From Gemmatimonadota bacterium (GTDB lineage Bacteria; JBHIER01; G020348925): DNA of 64,000 nt. Position numbers and translations under genes: made by a program. The notes under the pieces are model-generated. The model was not told the origin of the DNA. It worked only from the letters and a program-made list of their open reading frames with translations, and did not search any database. Location: NCBI GenBank assembly GCA_020348925.1, contig CP070758.1:4587775-4651774 (forward strand), read 5' to 3'. The first letter of the stretch is position 1; every line of letters begins with the position of its first letter. Positions 31,272-42,042 of the stretch are shown one piece after another.

Positions 31272-32024
31272 ATGGAAACAGACATAACCAAATCGGACGG
31301 CTGTCAACATCTCTACGATCAACAGAAATTTTTCACTCTGTCGGAGCTCAAGAAACAGAATTATCGCCATTTCCTGAACGAAATTTTGAGAAACAGACAC
31401 CTTTTCAAAATGTTGCCGGCAAATATCAGTCACGCCATTGATGTCGGGTGTGGCACTGGTTACCTGGCATATTTTTTAGCGCGAAAAGGAAAAAGGGTAA
31501 CTGCTGTCGATATGTCTTCAAAAAAATTACAATCGTTTCGAGACATTGCCCTGCAATATAATATCACACAGGTTCATTCGGATCTTTTCCAATTGCGTTA
31601 TACGCATTCCTTCGATGTCCTTATTTGTCAGGAAGTTTTGGAACATCTTGAACATTACGAAAAAGCTGTGAGTCTCATGAAGTCATTCTTAAGGCCTCGC
31701 GGATTTGCCTTATTTTGTGTACCCTACGAGGAAAACTTAACTGCGAAGATGCGGACCTGTCCCTTGTGTCATGCATCTTACCACAAAAACGGTCATCTCC
31801 ACAGTTTCAACAGACAAATACTGTCTGATGTTCTTGAAAGGCAAGACCTGACAATCCTGAGGACCAAACTTATTGTGAGTAAGCGAGTCACGAAATGGTT
31901 CGCTAAGATAAAGTATCCGGCATGGATGGGGTTCTTCGGTGTGTTACTTTTTGACAACGTCATGAATCATCTCTGCCCCCGAAAAGCGGCATACCTTGCC
32001 GTTCTCTGCCGGAAGAATTCGTGA
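31272..32024 (+). CDS. class I SAM-dependent methyltransferase
   Basis: IDVGCGTG, FDVLICQEVLEHL, CPLC..HKNGHLHSF. Confidence 0.88.
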   Translation: METDITKSDGCQHLYDQQKFFTLSELKKQNYRHFLNEILRNRHLFKMLPANISHAIDVGCGTGYLAYFLARKGKRVTAVDMSSKKLQSFRDIALQYNITQVHSDLFQLRYTHSFDVLICQEVLEHLEHYEKAVSLMKSFLRPRGFALFCVPYEENLTAKMRTCPLCHASYHKNGHLHSFNRQILSDVLERQDLTILRTKLIVSKRVTKWFAKIKYPAWMGFFGVLLFDNVMNHLCPRKAAYLAVLCRKNS

Positions 32025-32033
32025 GAACAGAGC

Positions 32034-33254
32034 GTGTCCGTGAAAAAGAGAGAAACAGAGTATCCTCGCCGAGAAGGCACGATTTCGAAGGGAACAGATA
32101 ATAGTATTGTAAATATTGCTTATGTCCATACAGGATTGTGGCCATCCAATTCTCCCTCCATGACGTTCTCCGCAATGACTGCTGCGGCTTTTTCATCGGT
32201 AGGAATCCCGTGCCTCTTTTTCATCAAGAAAAATTCGAAGGAGTCACCGGACCAAATTTTTCTGAATCTTTTTGGTTCACAAAAACCCGATTTGCTCACC
32301 ATTCATTCCATCTCTCGGTTTCCACATCTCAGGTGGAATCGAATGCATTATATGAGAGTGTATCGCATCCTGAAGCGGAATCTGAAAAAGCGATCTCTCT
32401 TAGCAGTGATTTCACGGAATACAACTTTCTTGCCATACCTGGCAAAGCTCACCAGAAAGTATAATATCAAAACATATTTTGAAGCTCATGATTTCTATGC
32501 AGACTTGACCGTTCGAGACGACGTGAGCGTTCGCAAAAAACACCGGTACTCCCAAATCGAAAAAAAGTACATTCCCCTCATATCAGGTATCATTTGCCTT
32601 CAAAACAGCCAAAAGACATGGTACCAGAGAACGTTTCCTCAACAGACCGTTTTTGTGGCACGAACTGGAATTGATACCATCCATCGGTATCCGTTTCACA
32701 ATCGTCGCTCCATCTGTTATATTGGATCTTTCGATCCGCATAAAGGATTAGATACCCTTCTTGAGGCGTTGAAGTATTCTCAGACGAAGCCCCATCTCTT
32801 CATTATCGGGGGAAAAAATGAAGTGGAAATTGTCGCACTTCAAAAACTAATTTCTGCGTTATACGATCATTCGAGGGTAACACTTACGGGCTGGGTGAAC
32901 AAAGATCACTTAAATACCTACCTGAAACAAACAGCCATTGGTATCCTCCCCCTGAAAGATACTTTTTTTAATCGCTTCATCACATCCCCCTTAAAACTTT
33001 TCGATTATTACAGTTATGGTATACCTGTTGTGGCTTCCGATCTCCCCACGACCCGTGAGCTTATCCAGGAAAATGAAACCGGACTCTTCTTTCAATGCGA
33101 TAATTCAAAGGATTTGGCTCAAAAAATTGATTATCTTATTTCCAACAGGAAAATTATGGAGAACATGAATCGGCATATTTATCATTTTGCGGAGAATTTT
33201 CTTTGGAAACATCGAGCGCAGTCCATTATCGATACGATAACACATATAAAGTAA
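32034..33254 (+). CDS. GT4 glycosyltransferase (start uncertain)
   Basis: FEAHD, YIGSFDPHKG, SPLKLFDYYSYGIPVVASDLP. Confidence 0.88.
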   Translation: MSVKKRETEYPRREGTISKGTDNSIVNIAYVHTGLWPSNSPSMTFSAMTAAAFSSVGIPCLFFIKKNSKESPDQIFLNLFGSQKPDLLTIHSISRFPHLRWNRMHYMRVYRILKRNLKKRSLLAVISRNTTFLPYLAKLTRKYNIKTYFEAHDFYADLTVRDDVSVRKKHRYSQIEKKYIPLISGIICLQNSQKTWYQRTFPQQTVFVARTGIDTIHRYPFHNRRSICYIGSFDPHKGLDTLLEALKYSQTKPHLFIIGGKNEVEIVALQKLISALYDHSRVTLTGWVNKDHLNTYLKQTAIGILPLKDTFFNRFITSPLKLFDYYSYGIPVVASDLPTTRELIQENETGLFFQCDNSKDLAQKIDYLISNRKIMENMNRHIYHFAENFLWKHRAQSIIDTITHIK

Positions 33255-33343
33255 ATCGTTTGACTCTTTCCCGATCGAACGATATTGTTCTCAAGAAAGA
33301 TACATGGGTTCTGTGAGCAATACTGAGATACTGAGAACGTGTT

Positions 33344-34453
33344 ATGAATAAAATATTTACTATTCTGTTTTCAAACACCATACCCGGAAAAATATGGGGT
33401 GGTGGTGAAAAATGGATTCTCATGGCAGCACACGGCTTACGGGAGAAAGGGCATCGGATTCTCATAGCCGGGCGAAAAGATTCCGTCTTCCTGGAAAGAG
33501 CACGAACTGCAACTTTTGAGACGTACGAATTCAACATTCATGCATCTTTCAACCCACTGAAGTCATTGAGCATGGTCCGATTTTTAAAACAGCAGAGCAT
33601 CGACGTTATTATACTCAATTTTAAAAAGGATATCCGGGTGGCGGGTTTAGCAGCACGATATGCAAAAGTCCCTGTCATTCTCGCGAGAAATGGTGTCCAG
33701 CTTTTTTCGAATAAGTGGCTTGACAAAACAACCGTTTCCCTTCTCGATGGAATCATCACAAACACGCAGACAATCAAGCATATCTATGATTCGTTCGCTT
33801 GGATGCCCGAAAATTTTGTGAAAGTCATTTATAACGGGGTTCGAATCCCTGGAAAGGGAGACATAATCAATATAAAGAAATTACACAAAATACCGGAGGA
33901 TCATTTTGTTTTCGGATCCGCTGGTCGCTTATCCCCTCAAAAGGGATTTGATCTGCTGATACGGGCCATGAGTCTCCTGAAAAAAAAGAATGTCCCAATC
34001 ACCGTTTTGATTGCCGGGGATGGAAAACATAAGCTTACTCTCGAGCACTTAAACAGGAGCCACAACACACAAGACAGAGTTCGCTTCATCGGTTTTGTCG
34101 AAGATACGGATACATTTATTCGATCTGTTGATGCGGTGGTTCTCCCATCACGAGCCGAAGGGATGCCAAATTTTATCCTGGAGGCTATGGCCCTTGGTCA
34201 AATAGCCCTGGCCACCAGAGTCAACGGCATTCAGGAACTGCTCAAGCACGATGAAAATGGTTTTGTCACTCCCCCTCAGGACGTTGAAGCGTTGGCTCAT
34301 TCCATGGAGTACGTCATTCAACAGCGACAGAGATTTCCAATCGTGCAAAAAAACGCTCTTGAAACTGTCAGGACTCAATACTCTGTCGAAAGAATGGTCT
34401 CGAACTTAGAACAATATTTGCTTCAGAAGTACAACACCGCTCACGAATCATAG
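33344..34453 (+). CDS. GT4 glycosyltransferase
   Basis: WGGGEKW, AGRLSPQKG, EGMPNFILEAMA. Confidence 0.92.
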   Translation: MNKIFTILFSNTIPGKIWGGGEKWILMAAHGLREKGHRILIAGRKDSVFLERARTATFETYEFNIHASFNPLKSLSMVRFLKQQSIDVIILNFKKDIRVAGLAARYAKVPVILARNGVQLFSNKWLDKTTVSLLDGIITNTQTIKHIYDSFAWMPENFVKVIYNGVRIPGKGDIINIKKLHKIPEDHFVFGSAGRLSPQKGFDLLIRAMSLLKKKNVPITVLIAGDGKHKLTLEHLNRSHNTQDRVRFIGFVEDTDTFIRSVDAVVLPSRAEGMPNFILEAMALGQIALATRVNGIQELLKHDENGFVTPPQDVEALAHSMEYVIQQRQRFPIVQKNALETVRTQYSVERMVSNLEQYLLQKYNTAHES

Positions 34454-34620
34454 CGTGACACGTTTCTCTGCCACAATATTGAGAGCATGACGGTTGTGAT
34501 TTCCTGCCAGGACCTGTGAATCGAATAATAAAAGCATCTGGCTGCATGTTAAAAGGGATTTTGTTGCGAAATTATTACCGTTCCATGACACAAACAGTAT
34601 TCATTATTCAAATGACGTTC

Positions 34621-35736
34621 TTACGATTCATTGGTTTCACGTCTCTCTTTCTCATACAATTCTTCAATTTTCCATTTGAGCCTCATACTGGCTTGGCCAT
34701 CGAGCTTGTGAAAATAGTATTCCCTCTTTTTTTCGGCGGACCTTCTCATCTCCTCGGTAGGTTTTAAAGCTCTTTCGATTCCTTCCCGAATATCATGAGG
34801 TGATTGGATATGAACAAAGGCGTCCTGAAGAAATTCCCGATTATCCTCTGTTAAAAGAGGTTGCCCGTCACTATGCTGCAAACGATCACAGGGCAAATCA
34901 TAGATAATTCCTATTTTATTCAGAGCTAAAAAATCGAAAACAGTACTCGATGCTTCACTAATCAGGGTATCGGCGACTGCCATGAAGGGGACAATATTGT
35001 ACTCGGTCACAGGTACAAGCACACTGTGTGTATACTTGGAGACTCTTTTTTGGAAGATTCGATGCTGCCGATGAGGAGCATACTTTCCCATCCAACTGTA
35101 ATGATGCAACTTGATGATTAAATTGTAATCGTTCTGTGTCGCCTCGAAAAGAGCGTCCTTTACATCGTACATACATGTCGGTTTGTATGTCGGTGCAAAA
35201 AGTACCGTGGGCTTTTTCGGATTGAGTCCCCACGTTCTGAGAAATGACACTCTGTCTTGAAATTTGCCTTGGAAATAATAATCGAGTTTCGGCAACCCTA
35301 CCACATAAGCTTCGCTTTTTCCCAAAACCCCTGATTCTTTCAGTTTGTCCATCCGATATTTCCCCTCAACAAAAATGTGATAGCGATCCCCAGAATATTT
35401 CGCCAAATTCCGGTATAGGATGTTTTTTATACCTGTTCCGTGATTGAGAAAACAGAGCATTGCGTTGCCGTATTGTCTGGCCTGTCGGATGGTGTCACCG
35501 GTAATGACGATGTCAAATCCGTTCTTATCCGTAGTGAAGCGATAACCCTGCTGTATCCATTCATCTATGATTGGAGGACGATACGGAACGTTGAACAGAA
35601 AACGGCGTATTCTTTCCTCCTCAAGTGAAAACCAAACATCATAATTATCATCTTTGAGGAATAACTCAATAACGGAATCAAAGGCCGCTTTATGATATAC
35701 AAATCCTATTCTAAACAGAAGTTTTATCTTGGCCAT
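34621..35736 (-). CDS. CDP-glycerol:glycerophosphotransferase (TagB/TagF-like) family protein
   Basis: HGTGIK, VGLPKLD, VLFAPTY, IKLH, DTLISEASSTVFDF. Confidence 0.82.
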   Translation of the reverse strand: MAKIKLLFRIGFVYHKAAFDSVIELFLKDDNYDVWFSLEEERIRRFLFNVPYRPPIIDEWIQQGYRFTTDKNGFDIVITGDTIRQARQYGNAMLCFLNHGTGIKNILYRNLAKYSGDRYHIFVEGKYRMDKLKESGVLGKSEAYVVGLPKLDYYFQGKFQDRVSFLRTWGLNPKKPTVLFAPTYKPTCMYDVKDALFEATQNDYNLIIKLHHYSWMGKYAPHRQHRIFQKRVSKYTHSVLVPVTEYNIVPFMAVADTLISEASSTVFDFLALNKIGIIYDLPCDRLQHSDGQPLLTEDNREFLQDAFVHIQSPHDIREGIERALKPTEEMRRSAEKKREYYFHKLDGQASMRLKWKIEELYEKERRETNES

Positions 35737-35751
35737 GACGTTGGGGAACCC

Positions 35752-36468
35752 TTAAACGAATTTTTCCTTGAAAGCGAGAGCATCTTGATAGGAGGCCGGG
35801 GTATCGATGTCAATCCAAAAGCAATGTTCTGGAATGATCACGGGAGCAACATGGTTCTCATCGATCAGGACTTCGACCGCTTCTGAAACAGATTCCTTTC
35901 CCAAAGGAATTTGTCTCGCAGCGGCACGAAAGAAAGAGTGATTGAGGCGAAAAATTCCACAATCAATCCCATTATAATCGTCCAATTTCTTCCCTATCGA
36001 GAGAATGCGACTCTTTCGAAATAGCACTTTCGTCGCATCTTCAAGATCGTATACGATGTTCAACCTCGGATCGACCAATAACAAGTTTTTATCACTTGTT
36101 GCCGTGTAAATTTCCTCTAATGCTTTCGGGGAAACAAGGTGGTCGGACATCGAAAGTACGAATTGTTCATCTTCTTTTATCCTCGCCCGTGCTGCATACA
36201 CTGACAGACCATTTCCCCTGCGCCATTCCCTGTTTTCTACAAAGGTCACATGAAATCCGAAATAGTTATGTTCCCCAAGGTATTCCCGTATGAGCCTTGC
36301 CCGAAACCCTATCACAAGGACGAAATCAGAAATACCAATGGAACCGAAGTTTTTCAGTATCTGTGATAGAATCGTCTCTTCACCAAAGGGAAGGAGCGTT
36401 TTTGGCAACCGAAATGTTTTCTCCCAGAGTCGTGTTCCTCGCCCCGCCGCAATAAGGACTGCCTTCAT
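35752..36468 (-). CDS. NTP transferase (LicC/IPCT-like cytidylyltransferase)
   Basis: AAGRGTRL, PKTLL, GNGLS, SMSDH, DATKV, IDCGIF, WIDIDTP. Confidence 0.85.
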   Translation of the reverse strand: MKAVLIAAGRGTRLWEKTFRLPKTLLPFGEETILSQILKNFGSIGISDFVLVIGFRARLIREYLGEHNYFGFHVTFVENREWRRGNGLSVYAARARIKEDEQFVLSMSDHLVSPKALEEIYTATSDKNLLLVDPRLNIVYDLEDATKVLFRKSRILSIGKKLDDYNGIDCGIFRLNHSFFRAAARQIPLGKESVSEAVEVLIDENHVAPVIIPEHCFWIDIDTPASYQDALAFKEKFV

Positions 36469-36508
36469 GAAACTCCTGTTTTGAAAAATATTTTTTTAAG
36501 GGAAGGAA

Positions 36509-38365
36509 TCAAAGATCTCGAAACTGCATGTCGTAAAGCTTTTTGTAGAGCCCCCCCTGCTCTAACAATTCCTCGTGCCTACCCTGTTGAACGATTCGAC
36601 CATTATCAATGACAATGATTCGATCAGCGTGTCGAATGGTCGAAAGGCGATGGGCGATCACGAAAACCGTCCGGTTTTCCATCAAATTTTCAATGGCCTG
36701 CTGAACGAGAAACTCCGATTCGGTGTCCAACGCGGAAGTCGCTTCATCAAAGATAAGAATATCAGGATCTTTAAGAATAGCCCGAGCGATAGCCAGCCGT
36801 TGTCGTTCCCCGCCAGATATCCTGACCCCCCTGTCTCCGATAGTCGTCTCGTATTTTTGAGGTAAAATATCAATAAAGGCATGGGCGTTGGCCGCCTTCG
36901 CGGCCTGGATAATGCGGTCGTCTGAGATACCTTTTATACCATAGGCGATATTGTTCCTGACCGTGTCATTAAAGAGAACGGTTTCTTGAGTCACGATACC
37001 CATTAATCGCCGAAGATCATCAATCCTGACCATTCGCACATCAATCCCGTCGATTTCTATTCGCCCCTCCGTCGGATCATAAAACCGAGCCAACAGGTCC
37101 ATCAAGGTTGATTTTCCACCTCCGCTGGGACCGGCCAAGGCTGTAATTTCGCTTCGCCGTACCTCAAGATTGATATGTTCCAATACCATATCGCTCCCAT
37201 TGTAGCTAAACGAGACATCCTCAAAACGAATAGAATCTTGAAATTTCGGAAGGTCTATTGTTTTTGGGGCCTCACGGATCTTTGGCTGTATATCCATAAC
37301 CTGAAAGATCCGTTTCGCCGCTGCTATTCCAATCTGGACATTACCGTAGCTTCTCACCAGGTCCTTCACCGGTTGTATAATCGAAAAGAGCACTACTAAG
37401 AAAGCAATGAAATATTCCGGTTCGAGAGCGCCCCCTGTGAGAACCTGTCGTCCGCCATACCAAAGAATCAAGACGCACACGATCGTAATCACAGCCTCAT
37501 TCACAGGGCCGAATAACTTTCGTATACGAGTCAACCGAAGCATGGTTTTAAAATACTCTCTGATCTTTTTGGTAAACTTATCAATTTCAAAGCGCTCCAT
37601 GGCAAAGGCTTTCACGACGCGTATACCGGAAATTGTTTCCTGAAGCAGAGAAGTGATATCGGCCATCTTCTCCTGAGTCACCGTGCTCTGTCGTCGGATC
37701 CGTTTTCCGAACTTACTCATAATCCAAAACGTGATCGGAAAAATGATTGCGGCAAAAAGGGTCAAACGCCAGCTGAAGTAAAAGAGGATTACGGTGTAAC
37801 AGAAGATCAATAACGGATCCTTGATCATTCCCACGAATCCACCGGTCACACCACTGTTCACGAGGCTCACATCATAGGTGACCCGTGATATGAGCTGACC
37901 TGTTCGTTCCCCGTGAAAATAGCTCAGAGAAAGAGTGTGGAAATGTCGATAGAGATCATTTCGCAATCCCATGATGAGCCTCTGCTCCACATAGGCCATG
38001 AGGTACCCCTGTAAATAGAGAAAAATGCTTTTCAACAGGGACACGACGATCACCAAAAGACACAGCCGTCTCAAGCTCTCTACTCGCGTCTCCCCCATCA
38101 TGAGTCGGGCCGCCATGGACTTCATTTTTGAGGAGACACCAGAGAGAAATGAGAGGGGGTGGACCGGTTCCTGATCGTCCCCCCTCACGCTGATATCATC
38201 CTGAACGATGAAACCCTGGGGAGAAAAAACCGTTTTCAGAAAAGGCCCCACCAGCAGAACAAGGAGCCCGCTGAACAGAGTGAAGCATACGGTACACAGA
38301 ATCGATCCGGTCAGACTCTTCCAACTGGGGGTTACGTAACTGAACAGCCGTCTGTATATTTTCAA
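36509..38365 (-). CDS. msbA: MsbA-like ABC exporter (fused TMD-NBD)
   Basis: [35 protein letters not shown] start at 38365 overlaps the upstream TGA (TTGA); LPS-locus context. Confidence 0.82.
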   Translation of the reverse strand: MKIYRRLFSYVTPSWKSLTGSILCTVCFTLFSGLLVLLVGPFLKTVFSPQGFIVQDDISVRGDDQEPVHPLSFLSGVSSKMKSMAARLMMGETRVESLRRLCLLVIVVSLLKSIFLYLQGYLMAYVEQRLIMGLRNDLYRHFHTLSLSYFHGERTGQLISRVTYDVSLVNSGVTGGFVGMIKDPLLIFCYTVILFYFSWRLTLFAAIIFPITFWIMSKFGKRIRRQSTVTQEKMADITSLLQETISGIRVVKAFAMERFEIDKFTKKIREYFKTMLRLTRIRKLFGPVNEAVITIVCVLILWYGGRQVLTGGALEPEYFIAFLVVLFSIIQPVKDLVRSYGNVQIGIAAAKRIFQVMDIQPKIREAPKTIDLPKFQDSIRFEDVSFSYNGSDMVLEHINLEVRRSEITALAGPSGGGKSTLMDLLARFYDPTEGRIEIDGIDVRMVRIDDLRRLMGIVTQETVLFNDTVRNNIAYGIKGISDDRIIQAAKAANAHAFIDILPQKYETTIGDRGVRISGGERQRLAIARAILKDPDILIFDEATSALDTESEFLVQQAIENLMENRTVFVIAHRLSTIRHADRIIVIDNGRIVQQGRHEELLEQGGLYKKLYDMQFRDL

Positions 38366-39321
38366 TTGATTTTTCCTTCGACACGAGAACGCTCCAGTCG
38401 CTCCCGGAACCATGCCGCCGTTTTCATGAGCCCATTCCTCAAGTCTGTCTCCGGTTTCCAATGCAACAATTGTTCCGCCCTGGTAATATCGGGTCTCCGA
38501 ACCTTGGGATCATCGATCGGCAGAGATTGGTACAACAAGGGACTGCGACTCCCGGTAATCTCAAGGATGAGCCGAGCCAAATCATTGATCGTCATTTCGT
38601 CCGGGTTGCCGATGTTCACCGGCTCCTGATTATCGGACATCAACAATCGAAAAAGTCCTTCGACCGTATCAGCGATATAACAGAAACTTCGCGTTTGGCC
38701 TCCGTCTCCATGCACTGTCAACGGTTCTCCTCTCAGGGCTTGAACCATGAACGTTGGAACCGCTCTGCCATCTCCGAACCGCATGCGGGGTCCATAGGTA
38801 TTAAAAATTCGAGCAATCCGGGTATTCAAACCGTGAACCCGGTGATAGGCCATCGTCATCGCCTCGGCATATCGTTTCGCCTCATCGTATACGCCTCTGG
38901 GACCCACAGGATTCACGTTGCCCCAATATGCTTCGCTCTGCGGGCTGACCAGAGGATCGCCGTAAACTTCCGATGTTGAGGCCAGAAAGAATGTCGCCCG
39001 TTTCTTCAAGGCAAGTCCTAAGGCGTTATGCGTTCCGAGCGCGCCCACTTTCAATGTCGGAATGGGTAACCGAAGATAATCTTCCGGACTGGCTGGAGAT
39101 GCAAAATGAAGCACGTAATCAACCGGACCTTCCAAATCGATATGTCGCGTCACATCATAAGGGATAAATTCGAACCGTTTTGTTTGAAGGTGAGCGACGT
39201 TGTCATTTTCCCCTGTGGATAAATTGTCCATGCACACCACCGAATGGCCTTCCTGCAACAAGCGTTCACACAAATATGACCCGATAAAGCCTGCCCCACC
39301 TGTGACTAATGATCTCGGCAC
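38362..39321 (-). CDS. UDP-glucuronate decarboxylase-like NAD-dependent epimerase/dehydratase
   Basis: [52 protein letters not shown]. Confidence 0.92.
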   Translation of the reverse strand: MPRSLVTGGAGFIGSYLCERLLQEGHSVVCMDNLSTGENDNVAHLQTKRFEFIPYDVTRHIDLEGPVDYVLHFASPASPEDYLRLPIPTLKVGALGTHNALGLALKKRATFFLASTSEVYGDPLVSPQSEAYWGNVNPVGPRGVYDEAKRYAEAMTMAYHRVHGLNTRIARIFNTYGPRMRFGDGRAVPTFMVQALRGEPLTVHGDGGQTRSFCYIADTVEGLFRLLMSDNQEPVNIGNPDEMTINDLARLILEITGSRSPLLYQSLPIDDPKVRRPDITRAEQLLHWKPETDLRNGLMKTAAWFRERLERSRVEGKIN

Positions 39322-39330
39322 GATGTGACC

Positions 39331-40362
39331 TCACTTGTTAAATGTGATGTTCTCCCCGAGCCCACCTGAAACAGCGTGTTCAATCTGGCCGCCCTCCTCG
39401 AAAAGGAGAAGTCCTTCGACCCCAGGGAGACCCTCTATAAATGCCAATCCTTTTTCCGGACCAAGGACGAACACGGCTGTAGCCAGAATATCAGCATCCA
39501 TGGCCCTTTTGGTAACAATGGTGGCACTCATGCAATTTCGGGCCGGCCATCCTGTTTTTGGATCGAGAATGTGATGATAACGACGGCCATCCCGCATGAA
39601 GTATCGTTCATAATCTCCGGAAGTGGCCACACTTCCGGAATCAATTTCAATAACGGCTATCATTCTCTGCATATCTCTGGGATGTTGAACACCAATGCGC
39701 CAGAGCTTCCCATCAGGTTTCGAACCCAGCAGTCCAATATCACCTCCGGCATCCACCAAACTTGAAGCGACACCATTCTCTTTTAATACCTGCAAGGCTC
39801 GGTCGACGGCATACCCCTTGGCAACTCCGCCCAGATCGATAGCCATACCGGAGTCCGAGAGGCCGACGTGCCTTCCGTTACTCATCATTATTTTACCGTA
39901 ATCGACATGTTCGAGTTGTTCTTCTGTTCTGGCCTGCTCAGGAAGCGTCGGCTCGGCACTGGTGAAATCCCACAGTTGTGAAACCGCTCCCACGGTGACA
40001 TCAAAAGCACCCTTCGATATTTCGGAAAAATGGATCGATCGCTGGAGAACAGCAATGACATCTTTTGAAACCATCACGGCATCTCTCCCGGCGTTGCGGT
40101 TTATACTCGACACCTCACTCTCCGCAAGATAGCGTGAAAAGACATGATCGAGACGCTCAATTTCCTCGAAGGCCAATTCAAGAGTGGCCCGTGATTTCCC
40201 TTCATCCTTGTCAAAGATCTCGATGCGGACCAATGTATCCATGAGCACCTTGGTCCGTTCTGTTGACCCCACCTCATGCGTTCTCAGAAATCTGTATCGC
40301 CATATGGAGATGGCCGCAAATATGACACAAAAGAGTACAAAACTGACTGGAAGGCGCTTCAT
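39331..40362 (-). CDS. apbE: FAD:protein FMN transferase
   Basis: GAFDVTVG, DLGGVAKGYAVD, AGGD, ATSGDYER, HHILDPKTG, ADILATA. Confidence 0.93.
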   Translation of the reverse strand: MKRLPVSFVLFCVIFAAISIWRYRFLRTHEVGSTERTKVLMDTLVRIEIFDKDEGKSRATLELAFEEIERLDHVFSRYLAESEVSSINRNAGRDAVMVSKDVIAVLQRSIHFSEISKGAFDVTVGAVSQLWDFTSAEPTLPEQARTEEQLEHVDYGKIMMSNGRHVGLSDSGMAIDLGGVAKGYAVDRALQVLKENGVASSLVDAGGDIGLLGSKPDGKLWRIGVQHPRDMQRMIAVIEIDSGSVATSGDYERYFMRDGRRYHHILDPKTGWPARNCMSATIVTKRAMDADILATAVFVLGPEKGLAFIEGLPGVEGLLLFEEGGQIEHAVSGGLGENITFNK

Positions 40363-40390
40363 GCCGTGCTCTTGCTCGTCGGGCGAATCA

Positions 40391-41362
40391 TTATCTTCTC
40401 CTATGAACCGAGAGAGAAACCAAATTCATTAAAGCCGACTTGGCCGGGGAGTCATCAAGGCCTTTCACAAGAGCGGCAGCACGCTGGGCATACTCCTTTG
40501 CTTTGGAAGCGGCGTATTCCAGACCTCCGTGGGTTCGAATAAAGGAGCGCACATGCTCCCAGCCTCTGGTGTCTATTTCCTTCTCGATGAGCGCCTTTAT
40601 CTTTCGCGCCTCCGATTGAGAAGCCGTCTCGAGGGCACGGATGAGCGGCAGGGTAAGATGCTTTCCCCTCAAGTCACTTCCTGAAGGCTTCCCCGTCTCT
40701 TTCTCCGTTCCCTCGAAATCCAGAATATCATCAGTAATCTGAAAAGCCAATCCAAGATTTTCCCCAAACTCCGCCATGGTCCGCCGCAAGTGAGTATCAC
40801 CCTCGGCCAAGATGGGTCCCATCTCGCAGCCGGCCGCGAAGAGCGAGGCCGTCTTATCGGCGATGACCTTGAAATAGATCTCCTCCGCTGTTTCCAGGCC
40901 TTCACTCTGCTGAATCTGGTGGATCTCTCCACTGCTCAGTCGCACGGTGGCTCTGGCTAAAATATCGAGGATCAGCTGAGATCGAATACCGACAAAAAGG
41001 GAAAAGGCATGGGACAACAGGTAGTCCCCCATGAGAATGGATGCTCGGCTTGACCATATTGAATGAACGGAGAGTTCACCGCGACGCATTTCGGATTCGT
41101 CAACGACGTCATCGTGTATCAAGGTCGCCACGTGGATCAATTCAAGGCCGGCCGCAGCCCTCATTGCCTCATCCGGGACATTTCCGCATACTTTCGTCGA
41201 AAGGAGAACAAGGATCGGGCGCAGAAATTTCCCCTTCAGAGCGACAATGTATTGAGCCATTTCGCTCACCAGGGCTACTTCGGAGGCGAGGGTCTCCTTC
41301 AGAACCCGCTTCGTGCCCTCGAGCTCCTCTCGGATTGGGAATATGATATCTTTCATCTCCAT
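40391..41362 (-). CDS. ispB: polyprenyl (octaprenyl-type) diphosphate synthase
   Basis: GKFLRP, ELIHVATLIHDDVVD (FARM), KTA, AFQITDDILD (SARM). Confidence 0.88.
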   Translation of the reverse strand: MEMKDIIFPIREELEGTKRVLKETLASEVALVSEMAQYIVALKGKFLRPILVLLSTKVCGNVPDEAMRAAAGLELIHVATLIHDDVVDESEMRRGELSVHSIWSSRASILMGDYLLSHAFSLFVGIRSQLILDILARATVRLSSGEIHQIQQSEGLETAEEIYFKVIADKTASLFAAGCEMGPILAEGDTHLRRTMAEFGENLGLAFQITDDILDFEGTEKETGKPSGSDLRGKHLTLPLIRALETASQSEARKIKALIEKEIDTRGWEHVRSFIRTHGGLEYAASKAKEYAQRAAALVKGLDDSPAKSALMNLVSLSVHRRR

Positions 41363-41396
41363 CGATCACGCGTACAAACACTGAAAACGAATCTTA

Positions 41397-41425
41397 AGTA
41401 TATGAAATTTTGAACCCTTTGTCAA
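41397..41425 (-). promoter_or_regulatory. sigma70 promoter of the ispB-apbE-...-tagF-like operon
   Basis: Minus strand TTGACA-17 bp-TATACT. Confidence 0.65.
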
Positions 41426-41977
41426 ATGAAAAGCGGACCTGCCGAAAACAACCGACCCTCTCCAAACCAGTAATGCATAGTGGAGCATTATCCAAAGGAC
41501 GCTGAAGTTGAGTCATTGTTGCTGTAAGTCAGGGCGAAGTGAACACGCGATGCCGTCTCGACCATGCACCATCTCAGCGAAGTACGTATGAAACAGAAAC
41601 CGAACCTCTTTTGAACATTCCTTGTGAAACGGAGGTAGAAATAGTATGTGTGCACCATTCCAGATTCCAGCGATATGGTGACAGCATGGTCAAACTGTTG
41701 CAGCCGACGTTGACCAAGCGGGACCCATAGGTGCTGCTCAAGAGAATGCAGGAACCTCTGCCGCACTTCGTACATCGGACAACACCGTCACTTTGTGCAT
41801 TCTGACCATCTCGCCAACGAACCATAGCAATATGCCCTTAAATTCTTACGAAAAACAAAAATATTGAAGGTGCGGTGTCACCTTTGAGGACCGTCAATGG
41901 ACCGCAGCTTTCCGAAGGGTTCAAAACTTCGGGAGGTTTTGTGTCAAAAACTTTTTCAACGGCTCCTGAAAAATGCA

Positions 41978-42006
41978 TTGACACACTCAGCTGAACTCGC
42001 TATTTT
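41978..42006 (+). promoter_or_regulatory. putative sigma70 promoter
   Basis: TTGACA-17 bp-TATTTT upstream of 42043. Confidence 0.5.
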
Positions 42007-42042
42007 TGGACACGGTTATCCGTTGAAAAAGGATCGTTCATT

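Noticed and set aside
38366-38461. N-terminal extension of the MsbA-like ORF (similarly 9610-9738 and 51716-51841)
   Set aside because: Overlaps the upstream gene or precedes a better RBS and signal-peptide start
41488-41825. Three short overlapping ORFs in the divergent intergenic region
   Set aside because: No recognisable motif or clear RBS, and they conflict with each other
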